This document shows, piece by piece, positions 39,180 to 47,737 of a stretch of DNA of 64,000 nucleotides. Origin of the DNA: an uncultured Nitrospiraceae bacterium (GTDB lineage Bacteria > Nitrospirota > Nitrospiria > Nitrospirales > Nitrospiraceae); NCBI GenBank assembly GCA_963846575.1, contig CAWJWJ010000001.1, forward strand, positions 160,001 to 224,000, given 5' to 3'. Each line of letters begins with the position of its first letter. Positions within the stretch are counted from its first letter, which is position 1. The notes beneath the pieces were generated by a model. It saw only the letters and a program-made list of their open reading frames with translations. It was not told where the DNA came from and did not search any database. The position numbers and the translations under genes were made by a program.

Positions 39180-40004
39180 ATGCCTGTCACACCCTTCACT
39201 CCCCGGCCCGTCACGGGCGATGCGTTCATCGGACGCCAAGGCCTCGTGCGAAACCTGCGCGGGCGGATTTCGAAGGGCGAATCCGCGGCAGTCCTCGGCG
39301 GACCCAAGCTGGGAAAGACCTCGTTCGTGCGGACTGCGATGGAAGGTCTGCCGGACCGGTGCGTCATCGACATAGATCTGCGCCGGGAAGCATGGCCCGG
39401 CCATGGTGAGACTTCCGGTGCGATCGTCCTGCTGGACAACCTGGACCATCTTCCCGCCGGGGAGATCGGCAGGCTCCTGGAGCGGATTTCGACGGCATCC
39501 CCGACGAACCTCCTGATCACCGGCGGCTCTCGACTGGGCACGCTGCTGCGACAGTCCTCCATCGTCTTTCCAGTCGCGTTGCGGCTCTACCCGCTCTCGG
39601 TGCTGCTTGATGCGGAACTACGCCGATGGATCGGCGGCGATCTCGGGAAGCGGATCACGATGTGGACGGGACACCATCCCTACCTGACTCAAATCTTTCT
39701 TCATTATGGAGAAGCAGCGCTTTCAGAAGGCCGGCAGCAATGGGAGCCGTTTCTTCAAGAGCTGGCTGCAGAGATCGGCGCAGCGGACGAACGACGACTG
39801 CTCGAGTACCTGATCGACCGTGCTCAGCCGGTGAATCCGATGAGGGCCGCAGCCGATACCGGGATCCCGGACATTAAAACCGTGGCAGACCGGCTGGTCT
39901 ATCTCGGAGCCATCAGCCGTTGGATCAGAAATGACGAGGCCACGCTTTTCGCCGGTTGTCGATTGCTCAACAACGTCATCACCGGCCGCCCGGTCGCCGC
40001 TTAA
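39180..40004 (+). CDS. Small P-loop ATP-binding protein (AAA/STAND-like)
   Basis: FIGR, Walker A GGPKLGKTS, Walker B IVLLDNLD, TGHHPYL (GxP-like) motif. Confidence 0.8.
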   Translation: MPVTPFTPRPVTGDAFIGRQGLVRNLRGRISKGESAAVLGGPKLGKTSFVRTAMEGLPDRCVIDIDLRREAWPGHGETSGAIVLLDNLDHLPAGEIGRLLERISTASPTNLLITGGSRLGTLLRQSSIVFPVALRLYPLSVLLDAELRRWIGGDLGKRITMWTGHHPYLTQIFLHYGEAALSEGRQQWEPFLQELAAEIGAADERRLLEYLIDRAQPVNPMRAAADTGIPDIKTVADRLVYLGAISRWIRNDEATLFAGCRLLNNVITGRPVAA

Positions 40005-40067
40005 CCCCATCGTTCGCTCGAGCTGCGGACAAAATCCAAAGCGAGTCGTCACACAATCAGGCGGCCT

Positions 40068-40388
40068 TTATTTGAAACGCCACCACCGGGACTCCTGCTC
40101 CTTGGGGCGCGCCAATTTGACGATGCGGACGATCTGTTCGTCGAGATCGACCTCCAGGCTCACGAGGTCCCCTTTGACCAGAGACTCGCGCCGCATTGCC
40201 GCCGGATCAGCCACCCGCATGAGCCAGAGCCGACCGTCGGCTGTCTTAAATGCCAACATCTGATTGCGGACATCGACACTTTCGACCGAACTCACGGGAA
40301 AGACTGCCGCCGTCTCGTGAGATCGAGCCGGCCCGATCGTTCCCAACACCCCTACACACACAAGTGCCGCGAGGAGAAGCCTGTTCAT
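40068..40388 (-). CDS. Exported hypothetical protein (OB-fold-like)
   Basis: AAGGAGG SD, signal peptide, VESVD...LVKGDLVSL pattern. Confidence 0.7.
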   Translation of the reverse strand: MNRLLLAALVCVGVLGTIGPARSHETAAVFPVSSVESVDVRNQMLAFKTADGRLWLMRVADPAAMRRESLVKGDLVSLEVDLDEQIVRIVKLARPKEQESRWWRFK

Positions 40389-40592
40389 CGCCGCCTCCTT
40401 GTCAGTCTCAGCCGCCAAGACGCAATAGGGTTAAGCGGAGTGCAGGCATTCACTGTACGGGGTCATCGGGCAACCGGTCTGTCGACGATTCTATGATTCT
40501 GAGGTGGCGTAAAATGCCGCAGGGGTGAGGCCGATCCTGCCGTAACGATCGTCCTGAAGCGGGCATGAACACTGACGGGAGCCAGGCCCTGC

Positions 40593-42503
40593 CTAGCGGG
40601 AAAACACCAGGAGGCTGTTGGCGGGCAACACGACCGAAGCCGAATAGCCGAATCCGTGCAAGGGTTGTGGCTCCGCCACGACAAGGCCGCCGTTCCCCAT
40701 CACCCCCGCATTGACCCAGCTTTCGTACACATCACTGTTGAAGAGTTCGCGCCACGCTCCACCATCGGGAAAACCGATCCGATACCCGACGCGCGTAAAG
40801 TTGGCGAGATGCGCCGCCACCATCACGTCCCGGCCTTCTCCCGGCACCCAACGGTGAAACACCAACAGGCGATTCTGATCGTGCGCATGCACCACGCGAA
40901 AACCCTGTCCGCGCAGTCCCGGTGTCACGCGGCGTATTCCCAGCAGCTCCCTGATGCATCGCAGGTGATCGAGCATCTGTGCGTCGCCCTGGTCGAGTCC
41001 GGCCCAGTGGAGGAGCAGGCCGCGATGCGACACAAAGTCGTCCGACCATTGTTTGTCCTCGAGGAATTCCTGACCCATGAACAGCATCGGGATGCCGGGC
41101 GCCGTGAGGCTCAGTCCTGTCGCGACCCTGGCACGACTGCGGGCAAACCAGGAACGCGGATGCTCCGGGTCCCCCAGCCGCGCGATGCGCTGCTCCCTCC
41201 CTTGATAGACGATGTCGTGATTTTCAGGACCCTGTACGAAACGCCACTGCTCGCCGAACCCGTCCGGCCAGAGACTCTGCGCGAGCGCCGTCATGTTGAG
41301 CGGACGCTCGTCAGGGGCGCTCGCATTGCCGATGACGTCCCGGATGGCAATCCGGAAGCCGTCGGTTAACGTCGTATCAAACCCCGCCCCTTCCGGGGGA
41401 GCCTTCACGATGTAGCGATTCACGCTCCAATATTCAGCATGGTTCAAAGCGGCAGGCCGTGACACATGCAGTGTAGAGGTTAAGTCTTGGCAGAAGCGCC
41501 AGCCCTCCGGCGCGCCGTCATGGTCAATCACGCTCACCTGATCGTACCGGAATCCATCGACGCGGTATTCGTGGAGAAAAAATCTGGCATTCTGGATCAG
41601 GAAATCACGCACCTCCGGCTTGGCGAAGTCGAATACGAGCCCCCCCGCATGGCCTTTGTCGCTGAAATAGAGCGAATTCCACTGACCGCCGGCAGGGTCC
41701 TGGCGATCGAAAAAATAGAGGCTCTGATCGCCGAAATCCCCGCCCGCGTGGTTGTAGACGACGTCGAGCAGAACGGCCAGTCCATGCAGATGCGCCAGAT
41801 CCACCAGCGCCTTGAGCTGGTTCATCTCCCCGCGCAGATCGTCCACTCGATACTGACGCAGGCCCTTCGCGTCCAAGAGTTCGTTCACCTCATCGACGTA
41901 AGGAGCAAGATCGGCATCGGCCACGGCAAAATCCATCTCGGGAGAAAAATAGTCGGTGCCGTTGTAGCCGAGACTGAAGCTCGTCTGAAATTCCTGAATC
42001 GGCATGAGCTGCAGTGCCGTGACGCCGAGCCCCGCCAGGTACGGCAGCTTGCGCGCGACATCGAGGAACGTGCCGCCCTTGTGCGGCAGGTTCGGCGTAA
42101 AAAACGTTCCGACGTGAAGTTGATAGATGACGAACTCGTGGAAGGGCGGCGTGACGTACCCCTGTTCGTGCCACGGGAAATCGGTATCGCGGATAATGCA
42201 GTTGCTCGGAAAGGGGGATTCCAACTCGCGGGCATAGGGATCACGCTTGAGCCCTTCGCTCCCCTCACCCACGACATGGAACATGTACCGCTGGCGGTCC
42301 TTCGCGCCGGGAATGAAGCCGCGCCAATGACCCTGCCGATCGCGCGTCAGCAGGCAGGCGTCGGTCCGCAGATGATGGTTGAAGTCCCCGACGACATGCA
42401 CCGACCTGGCATGGGGCGCCCACACGCGAAAGGTTGCGCCGTCGCCAATCAGGGTGGCCCCCATCGGCGTCCCGGAATGGATGTGGTCGAGCGAGGCTGG
42501 CAT
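40593..42503 (-). CDS. GH13 alpha-glucan enzyme with CBM48 (branching enzyme/TreZ-like)
   Basis: FRVWAP, DPYAR, YQLHVGTF, DVVYNH, DGFRYD, AEY and NHD catalytic motifs. Confidence 0.9.
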   Translation of the reverse strand: MPASLDHIHSGTPMGATLIGDGATFRVWAPHARSVHVVGDFNHHLRTDACLLTRDRQGHWRGFIPGAKDRQRYMFHVVGEGSEGLKRDPYARELESPFPSNCIIRDTDFPWHEQGYVTPPFHEFVIYQLHVGTFFTPNLPHKGGTFLDVARKLPYLAGLGVTALQLMPIQEFQTSFSLGYNGTDYFSPEMDFAVADADLAPYVDEVNELLDAKGLRQYRVDDLRGEMNQLKALVDLAHLHGLAVLLDVVYNHAGGDFGDQSLYFFDRQDPAGGQWNSLYFSDKGHAGGLVFDFAKPEVRDFLIQNARFFLHEYRVDGFRYDQVSVIDHDGAPEGWRFCQDLTSTLHVSRPAALNHAEYWSVNRYIVKAPPEGAGFDTTLTDGFRIAIRDVIGNASAPDERPLNMTALAQSLWPDGFGEQWRFVQGPENHDIVYQGREQRIARLGDPEHPRSWFARSRARVATGLSLTAPGIPMLFMGQEFLEDKQWSDDFVSHRGLLLHWAGLDQGDAQMLDHLRCIRELLGIRRVTPGLRGQGFRVVHAHDQNRLLVFHRWVPGEGRDVMVAAHLANFTRVGYRIGFPDGGAWRELFNSDVYESWVNAGVMGNGGLVVAEPQPLHGFGYSASVVLPANSLLVFSR

Positions 42504-42665
42504 AGGCACCTCGGTGAGATGGAGTGACGCGACCGCTGCATACTAAAGCAGGAGGCATGTCCGAACAAGAGGCAGGACATCGACCGGGCAAGGCACAGCA
42601 CGACACTCCGGGGCCTGCGGCACTGTGGATGTGGACGACAGGCAGACCCATCGGAATGGAGGTGG

Positions 42666-43196
42666 TTATGGCGCGAGCAGGCGGGACCGGATCAGGCCCA
42701 GAACCTGTTCCGCACCGGCATCGGGCGTCACCACCGTCGTATCAATGGTTAACTCCGGCGCGACCGGCGCTTCGTAGGGCACCTGGAGTCCGGGCACGGT
42801 GGAAGACGTCCCCTCCAGGCCGCGTCGGTAGGTGCCCTTCTTGTCCCGCTGCATGCAGACCTCCAGCGGACACTCGATCGACACTTCCAGCAGACCCGGG
42901 ATGAGCGTGCGCGCGAACTCCCGGTAGTCCCGCCGGCTCGCCGTGGCATCGAAGATCACGTTCACGCCATGGGCCAGCAGGCGGGCACCCATGAATGCCA
43001 TGGCACGATAGAACAGATCCCGTTCCGCCGTCGAATAGGTAGGCTCGGGCGTCAGCAGGCGGCGTAACGCGTCGGACTCCAGGACCTCCACGTCCAGACC
43101 GAGGTCCCTGAGCCCGGGTGTCAGCCGCGCCACGATCGAACTCTTGCCCGAAGCCGGGAGGCCGGTGATCCAGAGGGCGAATGAAGCAGGTGCCAT
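42666..43196 (-). CDS. Adenylylsulfate-kinase-like P-loop kinase
   Basis: WITGLPASGKS, RDKKGTY and PYEAP CysC-like motifs; LDGD replaced by LESD. Confidence 0.8.
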   Translation of the reverse strand: MAPASFALWITGLPASGKSSIVARLTPGLRDLGLDVEVLESDALRRLLTPEPTYSTAERDLFYRAMAFMGARLLAHGVNVIFDATASRRDYREFARTLIPGLLEVSIECPLEVCMQRDKKGTYRRGLEGTSSTVPGLQVPYEAPVAPELTIDTTVVTPDAGAEQVLGLIRSRLLAP

Positions 43197-43204
43197 GAGA
43201 TGCT

Positions 43205-44290
43205 CTAGGTACAATACCGGTTCACGTCCGCCGGATCGAACCGGTCGGCCGCCAGCACATTTTCGATGAACCGGAAGATCTTCCGTCTCACCGTCACGGT
43301 CAATTTGGGATACCAGAGCGGGCTCGCGAGGACCAGCCCCCGAAAGGCGAAGAACGGCGCCGTCGCAGTCAGCAGCCCGCGATCGCGACTCTGCGTCAGG
43401 TACGTCTCCCAGAATGAACGGAACAGCACTTCGAGCGGTCCCGTCAAGGTTCCGTGACGGCAGAGTGAAAAAAAGAGATAGTTAATGGACATCGAGGTCA
43501 CATCGTCCGCCGGTTCCCCCCATTCACCACGAGAGCGGTCGAGCACCGAAAAATCCGTACCACTTCGAAACAGGACGTTCCAGGGATGAAAATCTCCATG
43601 CACCTGCGAGAGGCGCGTATGTTGGCCGCGCAGACGCCAGCGCCACCGGTTGCAGGCCGCTTCAATCCGTTGCAGCAGCTCTTCCGTAATGAAGGCGAAC
43701 CGGTCAGGGTAACTATCGGTGAGTCCCATGATGCATTCGCCATGGCCCAGCAGTTCCCGGAGACGACGGCGATACAGTTGCGGATCCTTATGCTTCACCC
43801 GGTGAATGGTCGCTAAGTACTTGGCCAAGGCCCCGACCCTCTTCCGGTCAAGCGCCATCGGCCTTCTCGCGCCGGCCAGCCGCTCGAGATCCTTGTGATA
43901 GGTTTCGCCTTCCGACCACTGCGTGAGTAAAAAAAATTCTTTCGCCTCGGCCACGGACATCAACTCGCCGCGGTCGGTGAAGGCGCCTACGTCCAGCGCT
44001 TCGATGTGGCCCGGCAGACGCCCGTAACAGTCATAGTCCATTAACATGGCCTGGGCACGATCAGCGGGGTGTTCATGGCCGAAGGGGCCGGGGCTCATGG
44101 TCCCCAGCACCGCCCGGCGCCTGACACCCTTCACGCGAAAGGTGAGACGGACCGGCGCGCCGTACCCGTACTGCTTATCCCTGGTCGCGCTGGTTTCTTT
44201 GCCGATCGGACCATAGGCGATCAGGGTCGTGGAGGGACCGAACCGGGCCTTCAGGTACGTTTCGAGCGCAGTTTTCTTGAGCACCGGCAT
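43205..44290 (-). CDS. Aminoglycoside phosphotransferase-like (APH/choline kinase family) protein
   Basis: Brenner motif VHGDFHPWNV, VLDRS, GEPADD. Confidence 0.85.
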   Translation of the reverse strand: MPVLKKTALETYLKARFGPSTTLIAYGPIGKETSATRDKQYGYGAPVRLTFRVKGVRRRAVLGTMSPGPFGHEHPADRAQAMLMDYDCYGRLPGHIEALDVGAFTDRGELMSVAEAKEFFLLTQWSEGETYHKDLERLAGARRPMALDRKRVGALAKYLATIHRVKHKDPQLYRRRLRELLGHGECIMGLTDSYPDRFAFITEELLQRIEAACNRWRWRLRGQHTRLSQVHGDFHPWNVLFRSGTDFSVLDRSRGEWGEPADDVTSMSINYLFFSLCRHGTLTGPLEVLFRSFWETYLTQSRDRGLLTATAPFFAFRGLVLASPLWYPKLTVTVRRKIFRFIENVLAADRFDPADVNRYCT

Positions 44291-44498
44291 GACAGAACCT
44301 CCACTCCAGACGGGCCCCTACCAGCACCAAGCTTCGCGACAGCGCCCTTCAGCTGGCGCATTGAGCTTCAGCTGCGCTTGGGGCAGTGAGGAATTATGCA
44401 CCACATCGGGCACCAAGGGACTCATGGTTTCCAACAGATTCTCTCTAACGGGCCGCTTTCAGTTAATTGTACCCTGATGGCGACGCAGGGGGGGCCTA

Positions 44499-44514
44499 AG
44501 GCACGTGCCTTGCT
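44499..44514 (+). promoter_or_regulatory. sigma54 (-24/-12) promoter of the HPF-CSD gene
   Basis: AGGCAC-GTGCC-TTGCT, GG-N10-GC, about 50 nt before the ATG. Confidence 0.65.
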
Positions 44515-44562
44515 GTGACAGTGACATGGCAGTGTGGTCCAGCTTGAGCAAAGGGAGGACGC

Positions 44563-45108
44563 ATGAACCTGGAGATCGAGAGCCGCAACATCGCGATGAC
44601 CCCCCGTTGGAAAACCGAGATTGAAAAACGAATGGCCCAGCTACAGCGCGGACGCGAGGATATCATTCATGGGCGCGTCACCCTTACCAAGAACCGTCAT
44701 CATAAAAAGTTCGCCAACCTCGCGGAAGCGCTCGTGCTGGTGACCGTCCCGAAGCGCCACACCATGACCGCCCGCAAGGAGGACAAGACGTTCGAAGAAG
44801 CCCTTCGCGGCGCATTTGATGCCATGGCGATCGAACTGCGGAAGTACCGGGAAAAACGAGCGGACAAGGTCGTACGGACGGAACCGCTCCCGTCGCTGCG
44901 TGGCGTGGTCAGCAAGATATTCCCGGACGAAGGCTACGGGTTCATCATCAAAGACGGTGGCGGAGAGGTCTATTTTCACAAACATTCACTCAAGGGCATG
45001 CCCTTCACAGAATTAGAGGACGGGCGCGAAGTCATCTTCGAGGTCGAGCCAGGCGAAAAGGGTGTCCACGCGACCATCGTGCAGCCTCCCCATTCGATGG
45101 TCCCGTAG
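44563..45108 (+). CDS. HPF/RaiA (S30AE) domain fused to a cold-shock domain
   Basis: N-terminal LEIESRNI...AFDAMAIEL HPF-like domain; C-terminal GYGFI and VYFH RNP motifs. Confidence 0.88.
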   Translation: MNLEIESRNIAMTPRWKTEIEKRMAQLQRGREDIIHGRVTLTKNRHHKKFANLAEALVLVTVPKRHTMTARKEDKTFEEALRGAFDAMAIELRKYREKRADKVVRTEPLPSLRGVVSKIFPDEGYGFIIKDGGGEVYFHKHSLKGMPFTELEDGREVIFEVEPGEKGVHATIVQPPHSMVP

Positions 45109-45349
45109 CGGATCGGCATGCCGCCGGGCAGGTGAACGGATTGCCTGTGTGTCTGCCCGGCTCCAGGGTCGTCCGGATGGTGAGACGATCCGGGCCCGCG
45201 GAGTTCCGATGCCCATGTACGAGGACACCTGTGTGGACTGCAGCCGCATGAGAAAGGTAGGGTCCGATGCCCGGTTTGCGGGAGCACCGGGCTTCGGCAC
45301 ATGTTTCCACGTGCATGGCCCCTACAACCTAAAAAAGTTGAGCGTGACA

Positions 45350-45733
45350 ATGCGCCCTGCCGGATCCTCGCATCCTGATCGTACTCTGCTGATCGCCTCG
45401 TGTGCTGCGGTCCTGGCCGCATGGCTGGTCCCGGCCGCCGCACAGGATTTTCCGGCCGATGTCAACCGAGGCAAAACCGTCTATCAGCGGCATTGTCTGA
45501 GCTGCCATGGCACCGGTGGCTGGGGGGACGGACCGGCCGCCGAGGCCCTGCGCGTGCCGCCGACGAACTTTCATCGCTTCTCGTCCGTGATCAAAACGGA
45601 TGAAGAACTGCTCCGAACGATCGAGCATGGCGTGGTCTTCAGCCCGATGCACTCATGGCAGGGACGACTCACCGGGAGCGAGAGGCGGGATGCCCTCGCC
45701 TATATCCGTCTCTTGATGCAACAGGCTCGATAG
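45350..45733 (+). CDS. Monoheme cytochrome c
   Basis: Signal peptide, CLSCH heme motif, distal Met (SPMHSW). Confidence 0.88.
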   Translation: MRPAGSSHPDRTLLIASCAAVLAAWLVPAAAQDFPADVNRGKTVYQRHCLSCHGTGGWGDGPAAEALRVPPTNFHRFSSVIKTDEELLRTIEHGVVFSPMHSWQGRLTGSERRDALAYIRLLMQQAR

Positions 45734-45769
45734 ACGCGGACAAGACGTCGATGTCCAAGCAGCTTCCTT

Positions 45770-46351
45770 ATGGACCCCCTTCACCCCAACAGTGCGCTGC
45801 TCGTGGTGGATGTTCAGCAAGACTTTCTTCCCGGCGGAGCGCTGCCGGTCCCACAGGGGGGGGACGTGATTCCCGCCCTGCGCCGGTACTGCGAACGATT
45901 TCTTGCGCCAAGGGGGAGTATTATCGCCACGCGCGACTGGCATCCTGCTCATCACTGTTCTTTTCTCGAGCAGGGAGGACCATGGCCGCCCCACTGCATC
46001 GCACATCAGCCCGGTGCGCAGTTTCCTGACGAGCTGGGGCTTCCGCCATCCACCATGGTGATTTCCAAGGGGACCGATCCACACCGCGAGGCCTACTCCG
46101 GCTTTCAGGGCACCTCGTTGCAGCACTATCTGGACTCCCGTCACATCAGGCGATTGTTTGTCGGAGGGCTCGCCACGGATTACTGTGTCCTCGAAACCGT
46201 GCGGGATGCCCGTCGGCTCGGCTACGAGGTCTGCCTGTTGCTCGACGCCGTCCGGCCGGTCAACCGTCATCCGGAGGACGGCCGGAGAGCGGAACGCGAC
46301 ATGTCCCGTCTCGGCGCAATTCCCGTGCGATGGGAGCAATGGACCGCATGA
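45770..46351 (+). CDS. pncA: Nicotinamidase
   Basis: VDVQQDF, DWH, WPPHC, KG, YSGF, GLATDYC. Confidence 0.93.
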   Translation: MDPLHPNSALLVVDVQQDFLPGGALPVPQGGDVIPALRRYCERFLAPRGSIIATRDWHPAHHCSFLEQGGPWPPHCIAHQPGAQFPDELGLPPSTMVISKGTDPHREAYSGFQGTSLQHYLDSRHIRRLFVGGLATDYCVLETVRDARRLGYEVCLLLDAVRPVNRHPEDGRRAERDMSRLGAIPVRWEQWTA

Positions 46352-47679
46352 ACCCCACCTCAGACGCTCTGCTCATCGATCTCTACGAACTGACCATGGC
46401 GCAAGCCTACTGCAAGCGGGGGATGACGAAGGAGGCGGTGTTCGAATTTTTCGTGCGGAGGCTGCCTCCCCGCCGAAACTTCTTGATGGCCGCAGGGCTG
46501 GATCAGGTGCTGTCCTACCTGGAGGGGTTCCATTTCTCTGACGAAGACCTCACGTACCTCGACGGCACCGGAGGATTCACGCCGGCGTTTCTCACCACGC
46601 TCCGGGCGCTTCGCTTCACGGGTGATGTGCACGCGATGCCGGAAGGGACGATCTTCTTCCCGGACGAGCCGATTCTCCGCATCACCGCGCCGCTGCCCCA
46701 CGCGCAACTGGTCGAAACACGCGTCATGAACCTGCTGAATTTCCAATCCATGGTGGCCTCCAAGGCCTGTCGCTCGATCCTCGTCGCGGGAGGCCGTGCC
46801 CTGATCGACTTCGGGCTCCGGCGTGCCCAGGGCGCGGAAGCCGGATCGTTCGCCGCTCGCGCCGCCTACCTGACCGGATTCGCGGGCACCTCGAACGTGC
46901 TGGCCGGCGCCCGCTTTGCGATTCCCACATACGGCACGATGGCCCATTCGTTCGTGCAGGCCTATGAAGATGAGGCGCAGGCGTTCGCGGACATCGCCGA
47001 GGCACAGCCGGGCAATGTCATCCTGCTCATCGACACCTACGACACGGAAGCGGCAGCACACAAAGTCGTCGCGCTGGCCGCCGGCCTGAGGGCGCGGGGC
47101 ATTGCCATTCACGGAGTGCGGCTGGATAGCGGGGATCTGGCCGAACATGCGCGCAAGGTGCGGGCCATTCTGGATCGTGGCGGCCTCACGAACACGCGAA
47201 TTCTCGCCAGCGGAAACCTCGACGAGGACCGCATCCAGGCCCTGGTCGCCAGCCGGGCTCCGATCGACAGTTTTGCCGTCGGCACAGCCATGACCACCTC
47301 AGCCGACGCTCCCTATTTGGACTGCGCCTATAAACTCCAGGAGTATGCGGGCAGGCCCTGCCGCAAACGATCCGAAGGCAAGGCCACCTGGCCCGGCCGG
47401 AAACAGGTCTATCGGGGCGTCGGAACGGATGGAACCCTGACCGGAGACGTCGTCACGCTCGAAGGCGATCGCCAACCCGGCCGCCCTCTCCTCTCGCAGA
47501 TGATGCAGGCAGGCCGGCGTCTCGCCCCCTCGCCCTCGCTTCAGGAACTGCGCCGGACCGCCGCGGCCTCTTTGGCGGCGCTTCCGTTATCCTTACGTCA
47601 ACTGGAGCCGGCCCCCTATGAAGTCCGTATCGCGCCAGCCCTCGCCAGGCTCGCCAGGGAAGTCGACAGGCACACATGA
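46348..47679 (+). CDS. pncB: Nicotinate phosphoribosyltransferase
   Basis: DLYELTM, DFGLRR, GTMAHS, LIDTYD, VRLDSG; ATGA overlap with pncA. Confidence 0.95.
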   Translation: MNPTSDALLIDLYELTMAQAYCKRGMTKEAVFEFFVRRLPPRRNFLMAAGLDQVLSYLEGFHFSDEDLTYLDGTGGFTPAFLTTLRALRFTGDVHAMPEGTIFFPDEPILRITAPLPHAQLVETRVMNLLNFQSMVASKACRSILVAGGRALIDFGLRRAQGAEAGSFAARAAYLTGFAGTSNVLAGARFAIPTYGTMAHSFVQAYEDEAQAFADIAEAQPGNVILLIDTYDTEAAAHKVVALAAGLRARGIAIHGVRLDSGDLAEHARKVRAILDRGGLTNTRILASGNLDEDRIQALVASRAPIDSFAVGTAMTTSADAPYLDCAYKLQEYAGRPCRKRSEGKATWPGRKQVYRGVGTDGTLTGDVVTLEGDRQPGRPLLSQMMQAGRRLAPSPSLQELRRTAAASLAALPLSLRQLEPAPYEVRIAPALARLAREVDRHT

Positions 47680-47737
47680 CTTCCGCTGGCCGTAGAGCAA
47701 CGCCGCATGTTTTCCCGATCCGGAAGGAGGTTCGTTG

